NCBI GenBank assembly: GCA_038209745.1
Contig: JBBQXJ010000016.1
Coordinates: 684 to 64,683, forward strand
Length of the DNA stretch: 64,000 bases
Direction: 5' to 3'
Source of the DNA: Verrucomicrobiota bacterium
GTDB taxonomy: Bacteria; Verrucomicrobiota; Verrucomicrobiia; Limisphaerales; CANJSG01
Under the pieces are notes generated by a model. The model searched no databases. It was given only the letters and a program-made list of their open reading frames with translations, and was not told the origin of the DNA. This document shows positions 26,527-36,240 of this stretch, piece by piece. Positions within the stretch are counted from its first letter, which is position 1; every line of letters begins with the position of its first letter. The translations under genes were made by a program, and so were the position numbers.

Positions 26527-26916
26527 ATGCAATCCGAGCCAAAAAAACCCCGCATTCTAGCCGTCGAGGACAACCTCGAGTTTGCCGAACTGCTCCGACA
26601 CGACCTGAACCTCCGGGGCTACGATTGCGAGTCGGTCCCCAACGGAGCCGAGGGCCTCAAGAAGATCATGGCCGAGGACTTCGATGTCGTCCTTTGCGAC
26701 GTGATGATGCCCCACATGCCCGGACCGATGTTCTACTTGGCGGTACAGAAGACCAAACCGCACATCGCCGAACGCTTCGTCTTCATGACCGGCTTCAGCG
26801 ACGACTCGAAGGTGGAGACGTTCATCCGCGAATCCGGCAGACCGTCCCTCTGGAAGCCCTTCCCCCCGGAGCAGCTCTATCGCCTGCTTCGCGGAATGCT
26901 GGGCCAGAAATCCTGA
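26527..26916 (+). CDS. single-domain response regulator (REC only)
   Basis: ILAVEDN, VLCDVMMPHMPG, FMTGF, WKPF. Start moved to MQSEPKK (26527) because the ORF-track start lies inside tRNA-Arg. Confidence 0.8.
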   Translation: MQSEPKKPRILAVEDNLEFAELLRHDLNLRGYDCESVPNGAEGLKKIMAEDFDVVLCDVMMPHMPGPMFYLAVQKTKPHIAERFVFMTGFSDDSKVETFIRESGRPSLWKPFPPEQLYRLLRGMLGQKS

Positions 26917-26973
26917 CCGGCAATTGCCCGAAACATTTTCCCGGCCCCAACGTTATACTGCCGGACACTTCGT

Positions 26974-27687
26974 ATGATTTCTCAAGCGGCCAAGACAACA
27001 TGGGGCATCGCAGTGGTCGCCGCGATCGGCGCCACCGCCTATTGGATCTTTTCGTCGGATCCCGTTCGGCAAGCCGAAATGGACCTGCTTCGGCAGTCTG
27101 CGGAGGAGGCAAGGCAGCTCGACGCCACCAACAAAGGCCTCGCCGCCAGCCTGCCAAGCGAGGATATGGACGCTCTTCGCTCAGCCAATTCAGACCTTCT
27201 CGCCCTCCGCAACCAATCCCTCGCTCTGACCCGCGAAATCGAGGCTCTCGAAATTGCCGCCAAGAACGTCCATGCCGAAGAAACACCTGAAATCAAGGAC
27301 CTGGCGGTCAAGATCCAGCAGTTGACCGGCGTGAGAGCCCAACAGGCCGCGGTCATCGCCCAAGCAAACGCCCAAGGTGAACTCCGAGCCCGGACCGAAG
27401 CCGCCCAGGGAAATCCCAGCCCCGCCCAACAGTTGATCAGTCGACTCAGAGGTCCGGACGGAACGCTCAGCGCCGATGCCAGCAAGGCCGCCATCGACGC
27501 CATTAAGAGCTTCCGCGACGCGAACAACGGAGCTACGTCCCCGACCCTCGACGACTTGCTCCAGTTCGTCCCGGCCGACCTGCTCCGCGAAGGTTCGCCG
27601 GAACAGTTCGAGGTTATTTCAGTCGGTCCTGGAGGCCAGGAAACCCGCACGCCGGGAGATGCCATCCGGAATCGCCGCAACCGCTGA
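26974..27687 (+). CDS. membrane-anchored coiled-coil protein
   Basis: One N-terminal TM segment (WGIAVVAAIGATAYWIF), then Ala/Gln/Leu-rich heptads. No known domain recognised. Confidence 0.45.
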   Translation: MISQAAKTTWGIAVVAAIGATAYWIFSSDPVRQAEMDLLRQSAEEARQLDATNKGLAASLPSEDMDALRSANSDLLALRNQSLALTREIEALEIAAKNVHAEETPEIKDLAVKIQQLTGVRAQQAAVIAQANAQGELRARTEAAQGNPSPAQQLISRLRGPDGTLSADASKAAIDAIKSFRDANNGATSPTLDDLLQFVPADLLREGSPEQFEVISVGPGGQETRTPGDAIRNRRNR

Positions 27688-27698
27688 GCCAGAGCCCA

Positions 27699-28163
27699 AT
27701 GATCTCACTGCTGCCACCCATGGTCTTGCTCGTCCTCACTCTGGCCTGGGCCGGCTTCACCTTCGCGAAGCAATCGGACCTCACAAACGAGAAGACAAGG
27801 CTCCAACAGACCGTTGGCGACCTCAACAAGCTCCGAGCCCGCAACGCCGACCTGCGGGAACGCCAGACCCTTCCGCAGGAGATCGAACGCTTCAAGCGGG
27901 AGAATGCCCAGTTGCCGGAAGTTCAGTCCGAGCTGCAGAAACTCATCCTGCGGAAGGCGGATTTGGAAAAAGAGCTCGCCGAAAAGAAGAACTCTCTCCA
28001 ACAAAAACGCCTCTCGGAGCTGCTCAACGAACATCGCGCCCTTTCCGATCAGGTTCCGGAGCTCCCAGCAAACAGCGGTGTTCCCGTCATCTCGTTTCCG
28101 GTGCAGGGCAACCCGCCTCAACCCGAGGCGACTCCCGTCGTGCCAGTCCCCGGGGGCCTCTGA
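27699..28163 (+). CDS. membrane-anchored coiled-coil protein
   Basis: N-terminal TM segment (LLPPMVLLVLTLAWAGFTF), a charged coiled coil (LRERQTLPQEIERFKRENAQL...), and a Pro-rich tail. Confidence 0.45.
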   Translation: MISLLPPMVLLVLTLAWAGFTFAKQSDLTNEKTRLQQTVGDLNKLRARNADLRERQTLPQEIERFKRENAQLPEVQSELQKLILRKADLEKELAEKKNSLQQKRLSELLNEHRALSDQVPELPANSGVPVISFPVQGNPPQPEATPVVPVPGGL

Positions 28164-28706
28164 TCCCCGGTCCGCTTTAAATCCCGTCCGCTATCCCCAA
28201 AAGGGCCCTCCCGGCCCGCTGCCATCGCCTCCGTTTAGGTCCAGGCATCGCGGTGCCGACGTGGGCCCCACTTCGCAGTGCCCCTTTTGTTTCAGGCCAA
28301 GACCGATCGGATCAACTTTGATTCCATCTGTAACAACCCTCAAACGACAAGCTCTCCGATACGCGCCGTGCCTGTTCCGAAAAGAGCATTTCATCGATTC
28401 CTCTACCCTTGCCCTGCGCCGCCTGTTTGTCCTCATCGCAGCACTCGCTCCTGCTCGATCAAATTACGGAAAGAACAAGGAGGTTCTCGGCCCAGCTTAG
28501 AAGGCAATGTCCCTTGCCGAGATTTAAAACGCGGCCAAGATCCCGCTGGACCGTTCTCCCGATAAACCGTTGACCGATTCTTGGGCAGAAAACCCGTCTC
28601 AAGCAGGAGAGGCGGAACGGAGGCAGCCCGCAGGCAGTCATACAGGCTTCTCTGGAAACGGTTGGAAGCTCTTTCCAGCGACCCGATCGCCGGCTAAAAA
28701 CTGCGC

Positions 28707-31352
28707 GTGTCCAAGCGATTCCCATCTTTCCTGGCCGCGCTCCTTGGAGCCGCGGCGAGCCTCCACGCCGAGGACTTCTATTGTCGCGTCCATGGCGTCC
28801 AGCACCAGTCTCTCGCCTCGCCGTTCGCGCCAGGCGGAGAATCGGCCCGGCGCTACGCACCGGATCGCAAAGCCGACTTCACCCATCTCCGGATCGATGT
28901 GACGCCGGACTTCAAGGAACGGTCCATCATCGCCAGCACCAAGATCACCTTCACGCCGATCGGTCTCCCGTTGGAGGAACTGCGACTGGACGCCGAAGAT
29001 CTCCGTGTCGTCTCGGTCACCTCCCGGGTTGCGCTCAAGGACTACCAGGCGACGGACCATGCGATCGTCATCCGCTTCGATCCTCCCCTGCCCGTCGGCG
29101 CGGAGCAGGCGGTCACCATCGACTACAAAGCCTACCCCGAAAACGGCCTCTTCTTCCGGACGCCTGAACTCGGCTACAAGCCGGAGGAAACGCATCTCTA
29201 CACCCAGGGCGAAACCATCGGGGAACGGCACTGGTATCCAATGCTCGACGCGCCGAACGACAAGCTGACCACGGAGATCGTCTGTCGCGTGCCCGCCGGC
29301 ATGGAGGTCTTCGCCAACGGCCATCAGACCGGCATAGAGACCAATTCCGCCACGGGCCTCGTCGCCCATCGCTGGGTCCAGGACAAACCGCACGCCAACT
29401 ACCTCGTCTGTCTGGTGGCCGGCTATTTCAAGTTGATCGAGGACAAACAGGGCGACGTTCCCCTCGCCTTCATCGTGCCGCCGGACGAGCTCCCGTATGC
29501 CGCGAACTCGTTCCGTCACACCAAGGACATGATGGCGTTCTTCGAGAAGGAGACCGGGCAGGCCTATCCGTGGGACAAGTATTTCCAGGCGGTGGTCCGG
29601 GACTTCCAGGCGGGCGGCATGGAGAACACCAGTCTCACGGTTCTGACCGACCGGACGTTCTTCGACGACGCTTCGGAGACGATCCGCAGTTCCGAAAGCC
29701 TCGTCGCGCATGAGTTGGCGCACCAGTGGTTCGGCGATCTCGTGACCTGCAAGGACTGGAGCCACCTCTGGCTGAACGAAGGCTTCGCCACCTACTACGA
29801 CGCGCTCTTTGTCGGGTCGTTCCACGGCCGCGACGAATTCCGCTACGCCATGCTGAACAAGGCCCGCGCTCTCGTGGGCCAGACCAACAACACGCGCGCC
29901 ATCGTCACTCGCGTGCTGAAGCCCGATGCGGGCGACCAGTTCAACGGCCTCGTCTACGGGAAGGGCTCCTGGATCCTGCATATGTTGCGGAGCGAGTTCG
30001 GCCCCGATCTCTACCGCAAGTCGATCCAGACCTATCTGGCGGCGCACAAGTTCCAGCCGGTCGTCACCGACGATCTGCTCCGGGCCTTCGAGGAGGTCAC
30101 GGGCCGTTCGCTCGACCGGTTCTTCGACCAATGGCTCTACCACGGTGGCAATCCGGCCTTGAAGGCCGACTACAGCTGGGACGCCAAAACCGGGATCGCC
30201 CGCGTGTCCCTTCGCCAGACGCAGCCGGTGAACGACGACGTGCTCGACTTCCACTTTCCGCTGACGCTCCGCTTCAAGGGCGATTTCGGCACCGTGGACA
30301 AGGTCGTCCAGATCGACGAACGCACCGCCGACTTCGAGTTCGCCTTTCCCTCCGCGCCCAAGATCGTGCGCCTCGATCCCGAAGTGAGCTTGCTCGCCAG
30401 CATCGACTTCAAGGCTTCGCGCGTGATGAGCCTCGCCCAGTTGGCCGATGCCTCCGATCCGATTGGGCGCATCGATGCGCTGGAGCGTCTGGCCAAGGAC
30501 AAGGCGCCGGACACGATCAAAGTGCTCCGCGAGATGCTCAACGAAGACGAGCATTGGTTCGTCCGCGTGGAAGCCGCCAAGACGCTCGGGAAGGTCGGCA
30601 CCGATGAAGCCTTGACCGCGTTGCAGGCGTCCCTCGCACAGAAGGAGGCCCGGGCGAGGAAGGCCGTCGTCGACGCCATCGGCGGCTTCACCGATCCGAA
30701 GGCGCTCGCCACGTTGACCCAGGTCATCGACTCCGAGAAGAACCCGGACATCGTCGGCTCGGCGGTTGCAGGGCTGGCGAGCCATCCCGGAGAGACGGCC
30801 CGCCGAATCCTCATCGCCCAGCTCGACAGCCATTCGGTGGGGGAGAGTCTTTTCGACCGGGCCGTCGCCACGATGCGCCAGCTCGATGACCCGGCGTTTG
30901 TCGCTCCTTTGACCCTGGCCGTTGCACGCCGAGAAGCGGACTTGGCCGGACACGGCTTGACCACCGCGCTGGACACCCTCGGCTACCTCGCACGGAACGA
31001 CGATGACAAGTCAGCCGTCCGGCAGCTCCTGCTCGACCAGACGCGGCACCTTCGGGAGGCCGTCGCCATCGGCGCCATCAACGGCCTTGGTCAACTGAAG
31101 GATCCGGCGTCGCGCTCGACTCTGGCCGCGATTTCCCTGTCGGCCCGCAACGACCGATTCCAAGAGGCTGCCGGATCGGCCCTGAAGAACCTGGACAAAG
31201 ACGTGCGTCCGGCAGCGGCCATTCCTGACCTCCGCTCCGATGTGCTGGAACTACAGAAATCGAACAAAGCGTTGAAAGAAGAGCTGGAGAAGGTGCAGCA
31301 GCGATTGGACACGCTGAGCACGCTGCCCGCGAAAAAAGCCGGCAAGAAGTAG
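28707..31352 (+). CDS. M1-family aminopeptidase N-like metallopeptidase with C-terminal HEAT repeats
   Basis: GTG start followed by a signal peptide. GGMEN exopeptidase motif. HELAHQWFGD...WLNEGFATY (HExxH-18-E). HEAT-like repeats (HWFVRVEAAKTLGKVG) and a C-terminal coiled coil. Confidence 0.88.
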   Translation: MSKRFPSFLAALLGAAASLHAEDFYCRVHGVQHQSLASPFAPGGESARRYAPDRKADFTHLRIDVTPDFKERSIIASTKITFTPIGLPLEELRLDAEDLRVVSVTSRVALKDYQATDHAIVIRFDPPLPVGAEQAVTIDYKAYPENGLFFRTPELGYKPEETHLYTQGETIGERHWYPMLDAPNDKLTTEIVCRVPAGMEVFANGHQTGIETNSATGLVAHRWVQDKPHANYLVCLVAGYFKLIEDKQGDVPLAFIVPPDELPYAANSFRHTKDMMAFFEKETGQAYPWDKYFQAVVRDFQAGGMENTSLTVLTDRTFFDDASETIRSSESLVAHELAHQWFGDLVTCKDWSHLWLNEGFATYYDALFVGSFHGRDEFRYAMLNKARALVGQTNNTRAIVTRVLKPDAGDQFNGLVYGKGSWILHMLRSEFGPDLYRKSIQTYLAAHKFQPVVTDDLLRAFEEVTGRSLDRFFDQWLYHGGNPALKADYSWDAKTGIARVSLRQTQPVNDDVLDFHFPLTLRFKGDFGTVDKVVQIDERTADFEFAFPSAPKIVRLDPEVSLLASIDFKASRVMSLAQLADASDPIGRIDALERLAKDKAPDTIKVLREMLNEDEHWFVRVEAAKTLGKVGTDEALTALQASLAQKEARARKAVVDAIGGFTDPKALATLTQVIDSEKNPDIVGSAVAGLASHPGETARRILIAQLDSHSVGESLFDRAVATMRQLDDPAFVAPLTLAVARREADLAGHGLTTALDTLGYLARNDDDKSAVRQLLLDQTRHLREAVAIGAINGLGQLKDPASRSTLAAISLSARNDRFQEAAGSALKNLDKDVRPAAAIPDLRSDVLELQKSNKALKEELEKVQQRLDTLSTLPAKKAGKK

Positions 31353-31399
31353 TGGCCGGTAGGTCCAGGGGCGACGGAGCGGATGCCAAGCCTGGCGGC

Positions 31400-31987
31400 T
31401 CAGTCCTTGATCGCGTCGAGCACCCGCCGCCACTGCTCCGCCAGACGTTCCTTCGGTCCATCCGTCCAGATGACGATGTTGGACCGTTTCATCTTTTCTT
31501 CGACCGGCAGTTGGGCCGACAGCCGCTGGTCGATCTCCGAATCGCCGAGTCCACGCCCGCGCAATCGCTCCCGTTGGACGGCAGGTGAACAGGCCACACA
31601 GACGATCCGGTCAAACTCCCCTTCCCAGCCGACTTCAAAGAGCAGCGGCACCTGGACCGCCGCCAGTCGGCCGGCGCCGGTCGTGGCCAGCCATTGACGA
31701 ACGCGCGTCTGGATGCGCGGATGCAGAATCGCTTCCAAAGACCGCCTGGTTGATTCATCGGCGAAGACCACCCGGCCAAGAGCTTTGCGATCGACCGTGT
31801 CACCGTCGAAGACCGCTGGACCGAAGCGCTCGCGCAGTTCGGCCTTCACCGAAGGATCGTTCGACAGGAGATCGTGACCGACCGCGTCCGTGTCGAGCAC
31901 CGGCACGCCCAGCGATTCGAGGGCCTCGCCGCTGGCCGACTTGCCGCAGGCGATCCCGCCGGTCACGGCGATGGAAAAGATGCTCAT
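31400..31987 (-). CDS. coaE: dephospho-CoA kinase
   Basis: Real product is the C-terminal 195 aa of the 374-aa ORF: MSIFSIAVTGGIACGKS (P-loop), LDTDAV, HPRI, PLLFE. Confidence 0.85.
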   Translation of the reverse strand: MSIFSIAVTGGIACGKSASGEALESLGVPVLDTDAVGHDLLSNDPSVKAELRERFGPAVFDGDTVDRKALGRVVFADESTRRSLEAILHPRIQTRVRQWLATTGAGRLAAVQVPLLFEVGWEGEFDRIVCVACSPAVQRERLRGRGLGDSEIDQRLSAQLPVEEKMKRSNIVIWTDGPKERLAEQWRRVLDAIKD

Positions 31988-33215
31988 GTGCGAAACGGTG
32001 GCGGGCGGACCGCTGGGCCGTCGAGACCGATTCTTTAGCGCGGCAACCCTGGCGCTCCAGCGTCTCTCCGTGTTCAGAATAGCGCATGAACCGCAGCAAT
32101 CCTTCAACCCGGCGGCTTGCGTGAGCCAAGGGGACGATGTGTTCGCCGCGTATTCCGGCGAGGGGGTTCCCGGCGCAGCCATCGCGGTGCTCCGCGAGAA
32201 CCGCCCCGTCCTCGAGCGGTTCCTGGGTGTCGCCGATATCCGCTCGGGTGCCCGGGTCGAGAGGGAATCCAACTTCCGTCTCGCGTCGGTCTCCAAGCAG
32301 TTCACCGCCGCGCTCATCCTCGGATTGATCGATGAACGCCGGTTGCGGCTCGACGACCGGGTCCGCTCCGCTTTGCCGGAAATGCCCCGATACGCCGACG
32401 ACATCCAGATCCTCCACCTTCTCCAGCACACCTCCGGCCTGCCCGACCACGAAGATCTCGTGGACGACAAGCAGCGCGACCAGATCACGGATGCGGACGT
32501 CGTCAGGCTGCTCCACGCGTCCACCCTGTTGTTCTTCGAGCCCGGCAGCGGCTTCCGCTACAGCAATACGGGCTACGTGGTCCTGGGGCTGATCGCCGCC
32601 CGCGCCGCCGGCCGACCCTTGGAGGATCTTTTCCGTGAACGGCTCTTCGAGCCTTCCGGGATGAAAAGAACCGTCGCCTATCTGGAGGGAACAAACGCCA
32701 TCGAACATCGGGCTTATGGGCACTCAATGAAGGACGGAGCCGTCCGATCCAGCGACCAGAGCGTGACGAGCGCCACCCTCGGCGATGGCGGAATCTACTC
32801 CTCCATCGACGATCTGGCGCGATGGTGCCACGCGTTGGACGCCGAACAGATCATCGGCTGGCCCACCGTGCGACGCGCCTTCGATCCACTGAAGCTCTCC
32901 AACGATAATACCGTGCCGTATAGCATGAGCTGGGAAGTGCACCAATGGAATGGCCGCCGGGTCTATTCCCATGCCGGCTCGACGACCGGCTTCCGCAACT
33001 TCATCGCGCGATTCGTCGATGACCGCGTGGCGGTGATCGTCCTGACCAACCGTTCCAATCCCGTTCCCGCCGAACTGCTCGCGCACCTGCTGCAAGAACA
33101 TCTTCCGGGCTGGAAGTCGTCGCCCGAATCCTTTCTTCTCTGCCAACAAATCGTGGGCCTGAGGCCCATGGACCGACATGCAAGACCTCATCTCGAAAGC
33201 GGACACGCTCCTTGA
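31986..33215 (+). CDS. serine hydrolase (beta-lactamase/PBP4*-like family); start uncertain
   Basis: SxxK motif (SVSKQF) and YSNTGY (YxN). The first ATG not deep inside coaE is 31986. A downstream GTG start (about 32069) is equally possible. Confidence 0.7.
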   Translation: MCETVAGGPLGRRDRFFSAATLALQRLSVFRIAHEPQQSFNPAACVSQGDDVFAAYSGEGVPGAAIAVLRENRPVLERFLGVADIRSGARVERESNFRLASVSKQFTAALILGLIDERRLRLDDRVRSALPEMPRYADDIQILHLLQHTSGLPDHEDLVDDKQRDQITDADVVRLLHASTLLFFEPGSGFRYSNTGYVVLGLIAARAAGRPLEDLFRERLFEPSGMKRTVAYLEGTNAIEHRAYGHSMKDGAVRSSDQSVTSATLGDGGIYSSIDDLARWCHALDAEQIIGWPTVRRAFDPLKLSNDNTVPYSMSWEVHQWNGRRVYSHAGSTTGFRNFIARFVDDRVAVIVLTNRSNPVPAELLAHLLQEHLPGWKSSPESFLLCQQIVGLRPMDRHARPHLESGHAP

Positions 33216-34053
33216 AGCGCTCCCCTATATTCAAAAGTTCTCCGGCGAAACCTTCGTCGTGAAATACGGCGGATCCTTCATGGATTCCCCCGATCCAGCC
33301 GTCCGCAACGGCGTGGCGCGCGACATTGTTTTTCTCGAAGCGGTGGAGATCAATCCGGTGGTCGTGCATGGCGGCGGCAAGGCCATTACCAGGGCGCTGG
33401 AGAAGTCCGGCATCGCCACGCAGTTCATCCAGGGCCAGCGCGTGACCGATGCGGAATCGGTCAAGGTGGTCGATCGCGTTCTCAGCCGTGAGATCAACCC
33501 GGAGGTGGTGGCCGCCATCAACGTGCTGGGCGGCTTGGCGGATGGCTTCGCCGGCACGGACATCTTCATCTGCCGGAAGCTCCTTCTGAAAACGCCGTCG
33601 GGCGAAGAGCTCGACATTGGTTTTGTTGGCGAGGTCATCGCGGTCAACACCGCTCCGCTCCTCGATTGCATCGCCCGCGGCCGCACCCCGGTGATCAGCC
33701 CCACGGCCCGCGACGAACACGGCCAGATCCACAACTGCAACGCCGATGTGGCCGCCGCCATGGTGGCCAGTGCCCTCAAGGCGAAGCGGCTCGTCTTCAT
33801 GAGCGACGTGCCCGGGCTGATGCGCGACTTGAAGGATCCCGAGACGGTCATCCCCCATCTCCAGACCAGCGAAGTCCCCGAAATGAAGCGCGTCGGGATC
33901 ATCGACAAGGGCATGATCCCAAAGGTGGACAGCGCCGTCTTCGCCTTGAAGGCCGGCGTGGAGAAGGTCTCCCTCGTGGACGGCCGCGTGCCGCACGCCG
34001 TGCTCCTGGAGATCTTCACCGACAAGGGAACCGGGACAGAAGTGGTTCTGTAA
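33178..34053 (+). CDS. argB: acetylglutamate kinase
   Basis: LLEALPYIQKFSGETFVVKYGGS, VVVHGGG, NCNADVAA, and the amino-acid-kinase fold pattern throughout. Confidence 0.9.
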   Translation: MQDLISKADTLLEALPYIQKFSGETFVVKYGGSFMDSPDPAVRNGVARDIVFLEAVEINPVVVHGGGKAITRALEKSGIATQFIQGQRVTDAESVKVVDRVLSREINPEVVAAINVLGGLADGFAGTDIFICRKLLLKTPSGEELDIGFVGEVIAVNTAPLLDCIARGRTPVISPTARDEHGQIHNCNADVAAAMVASALKAKRLVFMSDVPGLMRDLKDPETVIPHLQTSEVPEMKRVGIIDKGMIPKVDSAVFALKAGVEKVSLVDGRVPHAVLLEIFTDKGTGTEVVL

Positions 34054-34086
34054 TCCCGTCGTAGCCGCGAACGGGAGTTCGCCGGA

Positions 34087-34340
34087 TCATGGTTTGAGGA
34101 GGCGCTCCGACAAGGATTGGACCTGCTGGAGATGGAACGCTCCCGGAGCAAGGAACGGCTTGGGGACGGACATTTCCCAGCGATTCCCTTTCAGGGCCGT
34201 CGTGTGTGGAAGAATCGTGAAGAGGGCCAACTCATCCTCTAGAGGAAAGTCCGTCAGAAGCAAACAGGGCCGAACTTCGCGGCCATGCCAAGATCGACAA
34301 TCGAGATGTCACCCCTGCGGGCGTCGCGTGGCGTGGGCAT
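34087..34340 (-). pseudogene. frameshifted PemK/MazF-like toxin
   Basis: Minus-strand ATG at 34340 gives MPTPRDARRGDISIVDLGMAAKFGPVCF*. Shifting one base near 34270 continues as PCLLLTDFPLEDELALFTILPHTTALKGNRWEMSVPKPFLAPGAFHLQQVQSLSERLLKP*. RGDIxxVDL and (R)PCLLL are MazF/PemK-type hallmarks. Confidence 0.5.
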
Positions 34341-34507
34341 GATCGGCTTCCATCTGGTCCATTCAAAACAAACGCTTCCGCAGCCGCCTGGTCACATGAA
34401 TCCGATTCAGCCTGCTCCACTTCCGGAGAGAGAATCCGGCGGTAAAGCTCGCGGCGCTCTCTGTGCGAGAGCTTGAGCAGCTCTTCAAGGATTTCGGCCA
34501 TGCTCAT
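34232..34507 (-). CDS. putative antitoxin (helical 'addiction-module component'-like), C-terminus probably out of frame
   Basis: MSMAEILEELLKLSHRERRELYRRIL resembles the LS/P-xxER-xEL N-terminus of small antitoxins. The alternative +1 frame ends ...MDQMEADHAHATRRPQG* just after the toxin ATG, which suggests an indel. Confidence 0.4.
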   Translation of the reverse strand: MSMAEILEELLKLSHRERRELYRRILSPEVEQAESDSCDQAAAEAFVLNGPDGSRSCPRHATPAGVTSRLSILAWPRSSALFASDGLSSRG

Positions 34508-34567
34508 GGCTTGAAACGTCTCCAATCGCATGCTGCTTCGCAGGAGTGCTTCCTGCCACGACTACGA

Positions 34568-36145
34568 CTACGACTTCGGCTGATCTTTCCTCGGGAACAA
34601 GGGAAGCGGCTCTCCGACCACATGGCCGGCGGGTAGGTTGCCCCATTTCGCATCCCAAACAGTGGAACCGGTCTGCTCGAAGCCGAGCTGGGCGAGGATC
34701 TTCACCGAGGAACTCGGCAGGAACGGCGTCAGGAGGACAGCAAGGATGCGGCAGCTTTCCACCAGATTGTAGAGCACGGCGTCCAGTTCCGCCGCTTTCG
34801 CTGGATCCTTGGCCAACGTGAACGGGCGGGTCTGGTCCACGAACTGGTTTGCGCGTCCCACCAGGCTCCAGATCGCTACCAGTGCGTCCTGCAGTTCGTT
34901 GGCCTTGAGCGCGGCGACAAAGTTCGCGACAGCCTTGGTCGCATCGGGTTCGAGGTCGTTCGCCCGGGCCGGCACCACGCCGTTCCGATACTTCTTCAGC
35001 ATGTTGAGCGAGCGGTTGATGAGATTGCCGAGGCCGTTGGCCAGCTCCGACTGATAGCGGGCTTGGAAGCCGCCATCGGTCCAGTTGCCGTCCGGACCGA
35101 TCGCAAGCTCGCGCACGACATAGAAGCGGAAGGCGTCCACGCCCCACTCGTCGATGACGGCGATCGGATCGACCACGTTGCCGGTGCTCTTGCTCATCTT
35201 CGCACCGTCTTTTTGCCACCAGCCGTGGGCGAGGATCTGCTTGGGCAACGGCAGACCCATCGCCTTGAGCATGATCGGCCAGTAGACGGCGTGGAACTTG
35301 ATGATGTCCTTGCCGATGACGTGGATGTCGGCGGGCCAGAGCTCCGATGCCGGATTCCCGATGCCCGATGCCGGATGGTAGTAGCCCTTCAGAGCGTCGT
35401 TCACCACGGGATCGCCCAGCGCGGCGGGCACCGTGATGTAGTTGGTCAGCGCGTCGAACCAGACGTAGGTGACAAACTCGGGGTCGAACGGAAGCGGAAT
35501 ACCCCAGTTCAACCGCGACGCGGGCCGGGTGATGCAGAGGTCTTCCAGCGTCTCGGACTTGAGGAAGCCGAGGACTTCGTTGCGCCGATAGTCGGGCTGC
35601 ACGAAGGACGGGTTCGCCTCGATCAGATCAACGAGCCACTGCTGGTGCTGGCCCATCTTGAAATACCAGTTCTCCTCCAACAGCTCGACCACCTCGCCCC
35701 ATTGCGAGGCCCACGTGCCGTCGGGATTGCGGTCCTTGTCGGTGAGGAAGGTTTCCTCTTTAACGGAGTAGAACCCTTTGTATCCCTTTTTGTAGAGGTC
35801 GCCCTGGTCGTGGAGTTTGTTCAGGACGGCGCGGACGACTTCCTTGTGGCGCTCGTCGGTGGTTCGGATGAAGTCGTCGTTGATGAGATCGAGTCGGGCA
35901 GCGAAGGACTGCCACTGGGCCGCCAACTCGTCGCAGTAGGCCTGCGCTGATCTGCCGTCGCGCTCGGCCGCTTGCTGTACCTTTTGGCCATGCTCGTCGA
36001 GACCGGTCAGGAAGAAGGTCTTTTCGCCCAGGAAACGGCGTCCGCGCGCGATGACGTCGCTGATGATCTTTTCATAGGCGTGACCCAAGTGAGGCGCGCC
36101 GTTGACGTAGTCGATGGCAGTGGTGATGTAAAACCGTTTACTCAT
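34568..36145 (-). CDS. metG: methionine--tRNA ligase
   Basis: HIGH-type motif (APHLGHAY), KMSKS, and typical MetRS blocks (WFDALTNY, HGWW). Confidence 0.92.
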   Translation of the reverse strand: MSKRFYITTAIDYVNGAPHLGHAYEKIISDVIARGRRFLGEKTFFLTGLDEHGQKVQQAAERDGRSAQAYCDELAAQWQSFAARLDLINDDFIRTTDERHKEVVRAVLNKLHDQGDLYKKGYKGFYSVKEETFLTDKDRNPDGTWASQWGEVVELLEENWYFKMGQHQQWLVDLIEANPSFVQPDYRRNEVLGFLKSETLEDLCITRPASRLNWGIPLPFDPEFVTYVWFDALTNYITVPAALGDPVVNDALKGYYHPASGIGNPASELWPADIHVIGKDIIKFHAVYWPIMLKAMGLPLPKQILAHGWWQKDGAKMSKSTGNVVDPIAVIDEWGVDAFRFYVVRELAIGPDGNWTDGGFQARYQSELANGLGNLINRSLNMLKKYRNGVVPARANDLEPDATKAVANFVAALKANELQDALVAIWSLVGRANQFVDQTRPFTLAKDPAKAAELDAVLYNLVESCRILAVLLTPFLPSSSVKILAQLGFEQTGSTVWDAKWGNLPAGHVVGEPLPLFPRKDQPKS

Positions 36146-36240
36146 TTGAGAGGGAGAGAGTGGAACGAGTACCGTCTACGAGGCAAACCCGGCCGGACCT
36201 CCGGCCGAATGAAGACGGATTTTCTGCGGAGAAAAAGGGA

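Noticed and set aside
31400-32524. 374-aa minus-strand ORF.
   Set aside because: Only the C-terminal 195 aa (MSIFSIAVTGGIACGKS...) form dephospho-CoA kinase. The upstream part is antisense to the serine-hydrolase gene and has junk composition.
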